Sequence record: NC_070963.1
Length of the DNA: 64,000 nucleotides
Direction: 5' to 3' (one strand)
A program made the position numbers and the translations under genes. Below are positions 9,118-18,394 of the stretch, piece after piece. Numbering within the stretch: position 1 is the first letter of the stretch; each line of letters opens with the position of its first letter. The notes under the pieces were generated by a model. It saw only the letters and a program-made list of their open reading frames with translations, searched no databases and had not been told where the DNA came from.

Positions 9118-9478
9118 AAAACAACCTAACGATCTTGGAAAAGCACTTCAAGAGTGGTGGGATTCTGATGACTTCAAAGAACTTCAGAAGGCAAATGAGG
9201 AAGCAAAGCAACGTGCTGTAGGAAAGTATCATATGCTTTCTGAAGAAGATAAGATTGATATGGTTCAAGCAATCTGTTATATTATGTGTAAAGCAGAATC
9301 AGAGGGTTGTAGTCATCGTGGTCTTCAAAGTGCTCTAGGAATCTATCCAGGTGGTTTCTGGGTTGATCATCTAATGGATGTTCATAATGCCCTGTGGTCC
9401 TATTATCACGACGAAAAACGACAAAAAGAACTTAAAGATGATTTGGATGCCCTTGAAGATTTTGTAAAGAAAGATTAA
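9107..9478 (+). CDS. hypothetical protein
   Basis: ORF track 9053..9478; ATG at 9107/9110 with AGGA SD. Confidence 0.65.
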   Translation: MMTEKQPNDLGKALQEWWDSDDFKELQKANEEAKQRAVGKYHMLSEEDKIDMVQAICYIMCKAESEGCSHRGLQSALGIYPGGFWVDHLMDVHNALWSYYHDEKRQKELKDDLDALEDFVKKD

Positions 9479-9557
9479 GTGATCCCAAAGAAAACATTAA
9501 GTTACTAGATAATAATATGTTGAAATGCTAATATTTGGGACACATCGCAAAAACACT

Positions 9558-9764
9558 ATGACACTCGCAAAATCTGGAACAGAAGTTTTAAGCACTGAAG
9601 AATGGGAAGAACTCATCGCACTTAAAGAAGCAATTAATGATAATCCTGCTACAGTTCATCCTCAAAAAATGGAAAAATTCACTGAATTGCTTGTAAGATC
9701 TCTTGAAGGTAAATGTGATCCTCCTCCACCAAAAAATTGGAGAGGTAGTTCATTAAGTGAGTAA
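9558..9764 (+). CDS. small hypothetical protein
   Basis: ORF track 9525..9764; ATG at 9558. Confidence 0.6.
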   Translation: MTLAKSGTEVLSTEEWEELIALKEAINDNPATVHPQKMEKFTELLVRSLEGKCDPPPPKNWRGSSLSE

Positions 9765-9794
9765 AAAATAAATAGATCATAATGCTACAAAACA

Positions 9795-10007
9795 ATGAGC
9801 ACCATAGACGAACACATTCAAAAGGATGAAGACCTTTTAAATAATCCTATGACTTCACCACAAGCAAGAAGACATACTGAAGAAGAATTAGAGGCACTAA
9901 AAACTTATAAGACAAATCATCCAGAAGACTTACACGATCCTACACCATTAGAACTTTATTGTGATACACATCCTGATGCACCAGAATGTAGAATTTATGA
10001 AGATTGA
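9795..10007 (+). CDS. cp12: CP12 Calvin-cycle inhibitor
   Basis: C-terminal PLELYCDTHPDAPECRIYED is the CP12 C-terminal Cys-pair signature; TAAATA late-type promoter upstream. Confidence 0.9.
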   Translation: MSTIDEHIQKDEDLLNNPMTSPQARRHTEEELEALKTYKTNHPEDLHDPTPLELYCDTHPDAPECRIYED

Positions 10008-10065
10008 GGACAGTTCTTGGACTGGCACACTAGAGGTTCTCAGGTCACTGGGAACCTTTTATAAT
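10007..10065 (+). promoter_or_regulatory. early promoter cassette with stem-loop
   Basis: Palindrome AGGACAGT-N6-ACTGGCAC, inverted repeat AGGTTCTCAG/CTGGGAACCT, TATAAT at 10060. Confidence 0.7.
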
Positions 10066-10089
10066 ATGTGAGTAATCAACACCACCTTC

Positions 10090-10347
10090 ATGGAAACCGT
10101 TGAACTAAATGAAACCAACTATTGTGATCAACAACCTATCACAATGGAGTTTACCTTTGAAGAGCATGATCTTTTGAACTTTATTCTCTGTCATGCCATT
10201 GATGGGATGGATCTTGCAATTCCATGTTTTTATGATTTGCCAATAGATTCCGAAATTCGGCAGCGTTATGAACTGCTTGACAGTATGAAAAATCGATCCT
10301 ATAGTGTTTGGAGTGATCGGTTCAAAAACGCACCTTATAAAAATTAA
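10090..10347 (+). CDS. hypothetical protein
   Basis: ORF track; first gene after promoter. Confidence 0.6.
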   Translation: METVELNETNYCDQQPITMEFTFEEHDLLNFILCHAIDGMDLAIPCFYDLPIDSEIRQRYELLDSMKNRSYSVWSDRFKNAPYKN

Positions 10348-10350
10348 CCT

Positions 10351-10542
10351 ATGAAAACTTCTACTGCTCTTGGCGTCGTCTTTGGCGTCATTGTTCTTGC
10401 TACTGCTGGTCTTCTTCTTGAGGCGTGGATTCTTGGTATCATTCTGTCTTGGTTTGGTGTTTCCTTGACTTTTTGGCAGAACTTTCTTATTATTCTTCTT
10501 GCTAACGCTATCTTTAAACCTACTGGGGGTTCTTCAAAGTGA
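10351..10542 (+). CDS. small membrane protein
   Basis: Two hydrophobic stretches. Confidence 0.6.
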   Translation: MKTSTALGVVFGVIVLATAGLLLEAWILGIILSWFGVSLTFWQNFLIILLANAIFKPTGGSSK

Positions 10543-10621
10543 TTACTACAGTCATGGCAGCATTTGCCTTTGGTTATTGTATCGGACATTTTGCTCTTAA
10601 TATTTACTCTGGACTGAAAAA

Positions 10622-10939
10622 ATGAAACCAATTCTTGCTATTGTCGGTGGTGCAGTTGGTTTTGGTGCTTTCATCTGGGGAGTTGCCTACCACGACCTTA
10701 TTTTCACCACATTTTTTGCACCAAAGTATGAGAATGTTCGCAGGAACACCTTTGAGCAATCAAAGTCTTTCCGAACTGGTGCTGTTCAAGAACTGCAAAA
10801 TATGCAGTTTGAGTATATTAAAGCTGCACCTGAACATAAAGTAGCACTCGCAGACATCATTAAGCATCGTGCCGCTGAAGTTCCTGCTGATGCTATGCCC
10901 ACTGATCTTCAAAACTTTATCTCTAATCTTCCTAATTGA
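10622..10939 (+). CDS. membrane-anchored protein
   Basis: N-terminal hydrophobic helix. Confidence 0.7.
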   Translation: MKPILAIVGGAVGFGAFIWGVAYHDLIFTTFFAPKYENVRRNTFEQSKSFRTGAVQELQNMQFEYIKAAPEHKVALADIIKHRAAEVPADAMPTDLQNFISNLPN

Positions 10940-11421
10940 TAATGAAAACCATTGTTTCTGTTACTGCACTTGCACTTATGGGTGTAACCTTGACTGGTTG
11001 TATTGAAGACTCTGATTATTCTCAACGCACTCAACAAGAAAAAATCCTTCGGGAAGGTAACGCTCAGACTGGTATGCCTGCTATTAAAAACTTCCGTGAG
11101 CGTAAGTTGCTGAAACAAATTATTGAGATGCGTGATCAGGATGGTCTGGTGACTTATACTTATACTGTTCCCGAAACCACTGGTAGTCCTGTGTTTCTGT
11201 GCAACTCTATTGGATATGGTTTGCCTGCTGCAATGCAATATACCAATCCCGAGAAGTATGAGAGTAGCGGTGCAACTCTTCCTCAGGCAGATCCTAATGG
11301 TCTCTTCTCTCCTGATAGTGCAGAAGGAACTTGGGTGATGTGTTCTGACCCTAGTGGTAATGGTAAAACACGCCCTGTGTATGTTGAACCTCGTATTATT
11401 GTTTCTCCTTTTAAACTGTGA
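10936..11421 (+). CDS. predicted lipoprotein
   Basis: Signal peptide ending in lipobox VTLTG-C. Confidence 0.7.
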   Translation: MIMKTIVSVTALALMGVTLTGCIEDSDYSQRTQQEKILREGNAQTGMPAIKNFRERKLLKQIIEMRDQDGLVTYTYTVPETTGSPVFLCNSIGYGLPAAMQYTNPEKYESSGATLPQADPNGLFSPDSAEGTWVMCSDPSGNGKTRPVYVEPRIIVSPFKL

Positions 11422-11834
11422 ATACTATGAAACCTGACAATACTCTGAGGAACGCCAGTATTATTGGTGTTTCTTTTTTACTTTCTCTGTTTGTGATCAA
11501 TGCGGTGGTTGGACCCATCTACAATGTGTGGTCTCAATATCAAACGGGTCGTGCTGAACTTGCCCGTGCCGAAAGTAATCGTCAAATTGCGATTCTTGAA
11601 AGCAAAGCAAAACTTGAAAGCGCCCAGTTTCTAAAACAATCCCGCATTATTGAAGCAGAGTCAATTGCAGAATCTAATAAGATTATTGGAGCAAGTTTGA
11701 AGAATAATCCCGAATACCTGACTTTCCTGCAAATTCAAAACATTCAAGAAGGTGCAGAAAAAGGCAATAAAATTTATTTTGTTGCTCCTAATCAAGCGGG
11801 TGTTCCTGTTCTTACCGAATCTACAAGTAAATAA
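11418..11834 (+). CDS. membrane protein resembling an SPFH/band-7 C-terminal coiled region
   Basis: TM helix followed by AE-rich coil (GRAELARAE...EAESIAESNKIIGASL..NPEYL). Confidence 0.55.
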   Translation: MNTMKPDNTLRNASIIGVSFLLSLFVINAVVGPIYNVWSQYQTGRAELARAESNRQIAILESKAKLESAQFLKQSRIIEAESIAESNKIIGASLKNNPEYLTFLQIQNIQEGAEKGNKIYFVAPNQAGVPVLTESTSK

Positions 11835-11977
11835 TGTTCAACTTCATTTCTGGCACGATCTTTGGTATTATTGTTGCAACCATTGGATTTGGGCCTGTTG
11901 CTAAGTTTCTGGATGGTGCAATGTTCAATCTGCAAAAGACCACTGTAGAAATGAACCGACCACAACTTCCACCAGCA

Positions 11978-12036
11978 CAGACACTTCCATAACTGGCACA
12001 CATAGGCATCCAGATTCCTCTGGGTGCCTTTATAAT
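11978..12036 (+). promoter_or_regulatory. early promoter cassette with stem-loop
   Basis: CAGACACT-N6-ACTGGCAC, inverted repeat AGGCATCCAGA/TCTGGGTGCCT, TATAAT at 12031. Confidence 0.7.
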
Positions 12037-12059
12037 AACAAAGTAATTCACCAAACCTC

Positions 12060-12230
12060 ATGACTTCCAATCCTTACGTTGCTCACTTGATGGAAAAAGG
12101 TTACACTGAGCAGGAGACTCTTCAGACTCGTGCTCCAAAACGCACCTTTCCTTATACTGTTGGTCTTCGCACTTTTCATAGTGAAGAAGAGTATCAAGAA
12201 GCACTCGCTGATTTTCTGAACGGTTACTGA
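12060..12230 (+). CDS. small hypothetical protein
   Basis: Hand-translated 56 aa MTSNPYVAHL...; follows promoter. Confidence 0.55.
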   Translation: MTSNPYVAHLMEKGYTEQETLQTRAPKRTFPYTVGLRTFHSEEEYQEALADFLNGY

Positions 12231-12237
12231 AATTATC

Positions 12238-12606
12238 ATGAAAAAATTTAAATCCTTTCTTTCTTTTTTGCTGACAAATTCTGCTTTTGTAACTTGCCTG
12301 TATTATGGTGTTTTTAAAGGCATTGGCGGATTTTTGAACATTCTAAATGTTTTTGTTTGGTTTATCTTTGTTCTGACTCTTGTTTCACTTCCCAATAAAG
12401 ATGCTTCAATCGCACTTTATAAGATCAGCATAGACAAAGACAGGTTTAATCTTGGTTCTTTTTCCTACATTCTGACTCTATCTTATATTGGTGTAATGAT
12501 CTTCTTTGGTCATATTCTCACTGGCGTCATTTATGGTGTTACATCTCTTCTTTGGTATTCTATGACTAAAACTGGTAAAAAACTGGTGGAAGAACACCAA
12601 CAATGA
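12238..12606 (+). CDS. multi-pass membrane protein
   Basis: Three to four hydrophobic segments. Confidence 0.65.
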   Translation: MKKFKSFLSFLLTNSAFVTCLYYGVFKGIGGFLNILNVFVWFIFVLTLVSLPNKDASIALYKISIDKDRFNLGSFSYILTLSYIGVMIFFGHILTGVIYGVTSLLWYSMTKTGKKLVEEHQQ

Positions 12607-12806
12607 CTCAAGAGCAACTGATTCGCAGCATTGAACAACAATTAGACAATCTTTCTTGTTTTAATGAGATGGCATTCAATCATTGGTGTGAGGAACTTTA
12701 TCAAGATGATGATGAAACAAAAATCCTAGAAAAGTGGACACCACAAACTCTTTATTTTCTTGAAAATGCTGTTGAGTTTTATGATGTTGATTCGATTTCT
12801 TCTTAA
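12603..12806 (+). CDS. hypothetical protein
   Basis: ORF track; ATGA overlap. Confidence 0.55.
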   Translation: MTQEQLIRSIEQQLDNLSCFNEMAFNHWCEELYQDDDETKILEKWTPQTLYFLENAVEFYDVDSISS

Positions 12807-13107
12807 CAATCTACTCAAAGCAACTGGTTCTTATCGAGTGGAAGAGAATCGAATCTATCGTGATCTTCCATTTAGATTTTCATACTGTTGCAAAGAGTGT
12901 AAGTCAACAATGGAAGCATGTAGAATCGCTTATCAACTGAATCAACTTGAACGACATGCTTAGTATTGAAGACCTTGAGGATCTTTACAGTATCCTAAAC
13001 TTTGTAAAAGAGAAAGGATATTGGGATTATCTTCAACACAACATCTCATCTGTTGAGGTAGATCTGAATAAACTTGAAAATAAACTTGAAACTCTCATCA
13101 ATCAACA

Positions 13108-13332
13108 ATGAAACCAATTAATCTGATTTTTCACAGAACAAAAATCGTTGTCTATGTGGGCGTTACTCTTGTTTTACTCGCAATTGATTCAGTTTGGAAG
13201 GGTATTTGTTGGTTTTTTGAGCATCAAATTTATGCCTTTAAAGGTTTGTTTTATGAAGCATATATGAACGCCAGATATTACTCTCGCAGATATCTGGATC
13301 CCGAAACCTTAAATTGGAATGGTAATGACTGA
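13108..13332 (+). CDS. hypothetical protein with TM segment
   Basis: ORF track. Confidence 0.55.
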   Translation: MKPINLIFHRTKIVVYVGVTLVLLAIDSVWKGICWFFEHQIYAFKGLFYEAYMNARYYSRRYLDPETLNWNGND

Positions 13333-13516
13333 TAAACAACTTCCTCCAGCAGCACAAGCAATCGTAGATGCTTATGAGGGCACTACTGATAAGTATAAAG
13401 CACTTGCTGCTGTTCTTCTTGCACTTGATAATTATTACTCTGAGTGGTTAGATGGAACTTATGTGGTAAAATCTGACGATATTTACCGTATTGCAAACCA
13501 ACTGGAGCAATTCTGA
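13319..13516 (+). CDS. hypothetical protein
   Basis: ORF track; first of a run of MTD-starting coupled ORFs. Confidence 0.55.
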   Translation: MVMTDKQLPPAAQAIVDAYEGTTDKYKALAAVLLALDNYYSEWLDGTYVVKSDDIYRIANQLEQF

Positions 13517-14009
13517 TGACTGACACCGAAATCCTTGAACTTGCAGAGCAATTCAAGTTTTGCTATCGTGATGAAGATGATTTTAGGAGTTGGAAAGTAA
13601 GTCCTTCTATTATCCTTAGATTTGCTCAAGCAGTTTATGTCAAGGGACATAGTGAGGGTTATGATGCTGGTTCAAAGGGGTTCTGATGATGACTGACAAA
13701 TACATCATTGAACTTGCTACTTATCATTTCTACAAACAAAAAACAGGATGGTCTGGAATAACTGATAAAAGTATTATTGAATTTGCTAAATCAATTCAAG
13801 ATAAGATTTTGGACCAGATTGTTCTTAAACTTGAGGAACTGAAATGATGACTGACGCACAAAAGCTTGAGGCACTGACTGATCTTCTCTCCAATGTGATT
13901 CACTCTCTGGAGATGACACAGTATGAGATTGAAGATGTATCAGAGGCATCAAATGTGGTTCGTCAGGCAGACCACTATTACCAACGAATGCTGGACATTC
14001 TTCACTCTG

Positions 14010-14069
14010 AGGACAGTTGAGGAACTGGTACAAGGCATCACCAAACACCCCACCTGATCCCTTATAATA
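14010..14069 (+). promoter_or_regulatory. early promoter cassette
   Basis: AGGACAGT-TGAGGA-ACTGGTAC; TATAAT at 14064. Confidence 0.7.
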
Positions 14070-14093
14070 CTTTCGTACACAAAGGAACTCCAA

Positions 14094-14291
14094 ATGAGGA
14101 TTGTTGCCCACACAAAATACGGTGTCTTTGAAGGTGTTGAAAATGAATATGATGAAGAAAAATATTATGAGATTGGAAAGTTTTTAGAAAAAATTCACAA
14201 ACTTGATTACTTTTCCTTTCAAACTGATAAAGGTGAAATCTACATCACCAAAGAAATGATTGCCGACACTCTGTTTATTCTAGAAAAATGA
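14094..14291 (+). CDS. hypothetical protein
   Basis: ORF track; AAGGA SD. Confidence 0.6.
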   Translation: MRIVAHTKYGVFEGVENEYDEEKYYEIGKFLEKIHKLDYFSFQTDKGEIYITKEMIADTLFILEK

Positions 14292-14614
14292 TCACTGTAA
14301 CCGAACTGCTAGATTTTCTCACCAAAGCACAGAAACTTTCTATTCATGATGTAACCTTCCGTCAAACTGATGAAGGTTATGCTATCACTCTGCGTGATGA
14401 TTGGTATGATGATGGCAAATGGTCTAATAAAACTGTCTTCATCACTAACGATGGAGAATCCACTTGGGAGAAAGGAGATTATGATTTTGAGACAATGGAT
14501 GGCATCCTAGGCGCGAAACTTGTAGAACAAAAACAAAAAGAAATCAAAGCACAAAAGCGTAAAGAATTGATTGAAACTCTCACGCCAGAGCAAAGGGAAC
14601 TGCTGGGGGTGTGA
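14288..14614 (+). CDS. hypothetical protein
   Basis: ORF track. Confidence 0.6.
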   Translation: MITVTELLDFLTKAQKLSIHDVTFRQTDEGYAITLRDDWYDDGKWSNKTVFITNDGESTWEKGDYDFETMDGILGAKLVEQKQKEIKAQKRKELIETLTPEQRELLGV

Positions 14615-14669
14615 CAGTTGAGGAACTGTCATACACCCCCCTTGTGCTCCCTCCAGAATCCTCTATAAT
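14611..14669 (+). promoter_or_regulatory. early promoter cassette
   Basis: GTGACAGT-TGAGGA-ACTGTCAT; TATAAT at 14664. Confidence 0.75.
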
Positions 14670-14690
14670 AAGCACATACGCAACCAACCC

Positions 14691-15041
14691 ATGACTACCA
14701 CCTTCGCTGATTACGCCGCCCAGCAAGAGGCACGTGAGAGCATCTCCGCTGCTGTTCTGAAGCATACTCTATCACTCTGTGAGGCACTTCGTATGAATGC
14801 TCCGGATGATTATGACTATGTGATTGAATCTGGTCGCAAGTATCATAAGATCATTATGATTGATTCTGGTAAAGGCAGAAGTGTTCACGCTTTTGTTGAT
14901 AAGAAGACTGGTGAAATTTATAAACCAGCATCGTTTCGTGCTCCCGCAAAACACGTTCGCTATGATTTGCGTATCATTGAACAAAGGGAATGGGTTCTTG
15001 CTAATGCTGATTGGGCGGGCAGTTGGTTATATCTGCGATGA
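14691..15041 (+). CDS. conserved phage hypothetical protein
   Basis: GRKYHKI...SVHAFVDKKTGEIYKPAS..APAK..RY motif typical of T4-like phage early proteins. Confidence 0.7.
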   Translation: MTTTFADYAAQQEARESISAAVLKHTLSLCEALRMNAPDDYDYVIESGRKYHKIIMIDSGKGRSVHAFVDKKTGEIYKPASFRAPAKHVRYDLRIIEQREWVLANADWAGSWLYLR

Positions 15042-15111
15042 ACATGACCACAACACATAAACTTATTTTTGTTTCTTCTTTTTTTATTTTTATGAATTGG
15101 GGTGTTAGATT

Positions 15112-15567
15112 ATGTCAGTTATTATTCACAGTGGATATGGATATCGCAAACGCCTCTGTGAGGATGTTTCCTGCTGGTTTCTGAATAAGTTTCTGCCGCG
15201 CCATAAGATTCACCTAGAGATTGTGCATCGTGGTCTGAAACGTGATTGTGTTTATGGGTATTGTGACTTTGTAGGAGAGTCTTATCGTCCTAGAGAGTTT
15301 CTGATTGAATTGGATACTTATATGCATGAGGATTTGTATATACAAACTCTTTTGCATGAGTTGGTGCATCTGCGACAGTGGGTGGTGGGTTCTCTGCGAC
15401 AGAAAAGAGGAAAAATGTATTATGGTAAAGAATGTGTGGAGGATATTGATTATTGGCATCAACCTCATGAGATAATTGCCAGGAGAGAGGAAATATTGTT
15501 ATATCAAAAATACATGAAAACAAAAAAATCTACTTCACGATGTTTTGTTAATAGACTTTGTAAATAG
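15112..15567 (+). CDS. putative HExxH metallopeptidase-like protein with replaced C-terminus
   Basis: TLLHELVHLRQW and downstream PHE motif; 3' end duplicated at 16315-16431. Confidence 0.7.
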   Translation: MSVIIHSGYGYRKRLCEDVSCWFLNKFLPRHKIHLEIVHRGLKRDCVYGYCDFVGESYRPREFLIELDTYMHEDLYIQTLLHELVHLRQWVVGSLRQKRGKMYYGKECVEDIDYWHQPHEIIARREEILLYQKYMKTKKSTSRCFVNRLCK

Positions 15568-15629
15568 TATTAGATGGGCAGCAACTTGTGTCAGGGGTGA
15601 TAAAAGTTGCGTAAGTCCCATTTTTATGA

Positions 15630-15637
15630 TATAAATA
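15630..15637 (+). promoter_or_regulatory. T4-type late promoter inside a translational-lock hairpin
   Basis: Exact TATAAATA between arms 15586-15601 and 15648-15663. Confidence 0.8.
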
Positions 15638-15662
15638 CTAATAAGTCATTACCCCTGACACA

Positions 15663-16313
15663 ATGGAAAAATATTACACTTACGCATATTTGCGTGAAGA
15701 TAGAACTCCTTATTACATAGGTAAAGGTTGTGGAAATAGAATTAACGAAAATAAAGGAAGACCTTGTAAAAAACCAAAAGATAAATCCAGAATTATATTT
15801 CTTAAAAAGAATTTGACTGAAGAAGAAGCATTCAAACACGAAATCTATATGGTTTTTGTCTTTGGTAGAAAAGATTTGGGAACAGGCATTCTTCATAATA
15901 AAACTAATGGTGGTGATGGAGTTTCTGGATTGATTCACTTACCAGAATCAAAAATTAAAATGGCAATAACAAAAAATACAAAATATTGGAATAATGGTGT
16001 AAAAACTGTTAGAAAAATTGATTGTCCTGGTGAAGGTTGGGTTGAAGGTAGATTAAATATAAATTATCATAATTGCAGAAAAGGATTATATTGGTGGAAT
16101 AATGGAGTAGAATTAAAAGTTTCTAAAGAGTGTCCTGGTGAGGGGTGGAATAGAGGAATTGGAAAACTAATCAATAGAAAAGGTGTCGGTAAAAAGTATA
16201 ATGAAAATGGATTTTCAACAAGGGGATTGTATTGGTGGAATAATGGGATAAAAAATACTATGAAAAAAGAATGTCCTGGAGAAGGGTGGGTAAGAGGTAA
16301 AATTAAACTTTAA
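15663..16313 (+). mobile_element. free-standing GIY-YIG homing endonuclease, paralog of 515..1273
   Basis: YTYAYLREDRTPYYIGKG catalytic domain nearly identical to the first copy; three WWNNG...CPGEGW.RG repeats. Confidence 0.9.
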
Positions 16314-16314
16314 G

Positions 16315-16431
16315 ATAAAGGCACGAGAGCAAGAAGAAACCCTATATTATGAATATCTAAAAGAAAAGAGTCATCAACCACTTTCACAACCGACACATTA
16401 CTTCCCAAATCGTCTGATGATTCCTGTATAA
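16315..16431 (+). pseudogene. displaced original 3' end of the 15112 gene
   Basis: Translates IKAREQEETLYYEYLK...YFPNRLMIPV*, aligning with IIARREEILLYQKYMK...CFVNRLCK*; no start codon. Confidence 0.75.
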
Positions 16432-16454
16432 TTACACTATCACACATTACAATC

Positions 16455-16820
16455 ATGAAGTATCTTCTTCCAGTTCTGTTGTTGCTTCCGACTCCTGTGT
16501 TTGCACAACAAGTGAATAATTATGCAGTTTGCACTCAAAATCAAGAAGTTTATCGTCCCGGTGGATATGATCGCTACGGAAATTATGTTCCTGGTGGTGT
16601 AACTGTGCAAACTTATAATGTTCCTTGCAATAATGTCAGACCTGCAAATCAATATTACAATAATGGTGGATATGGTGGAAGATATTGCAATCCAACCAGA
16701 AGTGTATTGGGTGCTCTGTTGGGTGGTGGTGTTGCTGCAAGCATGAGTCGTGGAAATGGATATTATTGGTCTGTTCCTGTGGGTGCTGCGATCGGCGGTG
16801 CAATGTTTGGATGCAACTGA
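16455..16820 (+). CDS. secreted protein with glycine-zipper C-terminus
   Basis: Signal peptide MKYLLPVLLLLPTPVFA; GALLGGGVAA..VGAAIGG; TATAAT at 16427. Confidence 0.65.
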   Translation: MKYLLPVLLLLPTPVFAQQVNNYAVCTQNQEVYRPGGYDRYGNYVPGGVTVQTYNVPCNNVRPANQYYNNGGYGGRYCNPTRSVLGALLGGGVAASMSRGNGYYWSVPVGAAIGGAMFGCN

Positions 16821-16874
16821 CAATTCTCAAACTGGCACAGGAGCACTCTATATGCCCCTGTGATGCATTATAAT
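16817..16874 (+). promoter_or_regulatory. early promoter cassette
   Basis: CTGACAAT-N6-ACTGGCAC; TATAAT at 16869. Confidence 0.7.
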
Positions 16875-17061
16875 AACAAGGTAATCAAGGGAACCAGCAA
16901 TGGTCACTGACACCACACAAGACAAACAGATCCGTCGATCCATCATCAAATCAGTCGAGTCAATGGATCTGCGACTTCTGCAACGTATTGCTTATGAAGT
17001 CCGTTGTGAAGAACTTGGTCTTCATGCTGACACTTGGAAACTTTACCCTGAAGATTGAATC

Positions 17062-17265
17062 ATGCAACTCTCTGATGCTTCTATTTCCAAGATCGCTGAT
17101 GCACTCAAACCATCAGTGATTGATTATGTCTCAATGGATGAAGGTTTTATAGAGACTCTACAAACTACCATTATTGATGGTATTCGGGATACAATGGGAG
17201 ATATGGATGAGGATTTACTTTTAGAAATTGCATTGCTAGTTTTTCAACGAATCGATCTCAAATGA
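17062..17265 (+). CDS. hypothetical protein
   Basis: ORF track. Confidence 0.6.
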   Translation: MQLSDASISKIADALKPSVIDYVSMDEGFIETLQTTIIDGIRDTMGDMDEDLLLEIALLVFQRIDLK

Positions 17266-17731
17266 AACTTCGTTACTTAATTATTGGTGCAATTGGATTT
17301 GTTGTTGGATGGAATGTCTTTCTCATTCAACGTGACCATCAACTTTTTGAATCTTACAATCAACCCTCACAATCGGAGAGAATGCAATGAATGATTTTAT
17401 GAATGCTTATCAAGATTTCCTGAATCACTCTGAAATTGATTGGAATCAAAAACAACAAGAAGCAAGGAAATATGTTGAAATGTTTTATGAACAGAAAGCA
17501 GCAGAACTTGAGATTACCGTTGATTATTATATGCAGGAGTTTATGTAATGAATGAAGAAACAAAGTTGATTCTTGCTCTACATCAAATTGAGAATCTTAC
17601 TTCTCTTCTTTCACAAAATGAGTATGAAAAGTATCTGTATTCTCATTTGATTCGAATTCAAGTTGAACTTCAAAGGCAGTTGACAAACATCAATTCTTAT
17701 TCTAAAATCAAGGAGTAATTTACACAAACTG

Positions 17732-17962
17732 ATGAAATATCTTTACATTGTTGACTACTGGGTTCCGTTTCCTTCCAGTGAATATGGTGGTCTGATTAAT
17801 CTGATTGCAGAGAACGATACGGAAGCGTTTACTCTTCTATCTGAAGAAGAATCCTTTGATGATGAATACACTGATCGGATTATGGAACGAGTTGTCAACG
17901 CACAAAAGTTTGCTTTGCAAGATGATTATGAATCAGGTATTCTGGAGGCATTTACCACATGA
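17732..17962 (+). CDS. hypothetical protein
   Basis: ORF track; TTGACA-N17-TAAAAT and AAGGAG upstream. Confidence 0.65.
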   Translation: MKYLYIVDYWVPFPSSEYGGLINLIAENDTEAFTLLSEEESFDDEYTDRIMERVVNAQKFALQDDYESGILEAFTT

Positions 17963-18115
17963 CACAACTGTATCGTATTGAAGAACTGTTCACAAACGGT
18001 TGGGAAACGATTGATGAATCTGCAACTCAACTGACAAAAGAACAGTGTGATGAGAAAATTCAATATTATCTTGGATGTGGTTATAATCCAAATTATCTTC
18101 GCGCTGTTCCTGATC

Positions 18116-18394
18116 ATGGAATTTCATCATAAAGCACCAGATGGACATGCATACGAATTTGAAGAGAACTTCAAGAGAAACATTACTGCAATTTGGATTA
18201 TTAATCACAGTCACTTCAACTATTGTGGTAAGTCTCATGTTTCTAGCATTTGGGGATTTTTCAACTCAAAAACAAAAACATATTATTCACCAATCAATTC
18301 AAAAACCATTGGATCAGCAGTGGATATAAATCTCACTACTCCTTATAGTGCAATGATTCCCAAAGCATCACCACTGGATTCATTTTTTGTATGA
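18116..18394 (+). CDS. hypothetical protein
   Basis: ORF track 18047..18394; ATG at 18116 more plausible. Confidence 0.6.
   Translation: MEFHHKAPDGHAYEFEENFKRNITAIWIINHSHFNYCGKSHVSSIWGFFNSKTKTYYSPINSKTIGSAVDINLTTPYSAMIPKASPLDSFFV

Noticed and set aside
15475-16320. Group I intron around endonuclease 2 (a U|...G| junction could join ATA-ATT to GCA-CGA in frame)
   Set aside because: Only 7 nt lie between the ORF stop and the putative 3' splice site, and the 5' side is occupied by the replacement tail and leader, so there is no room for a P3-P9 core.
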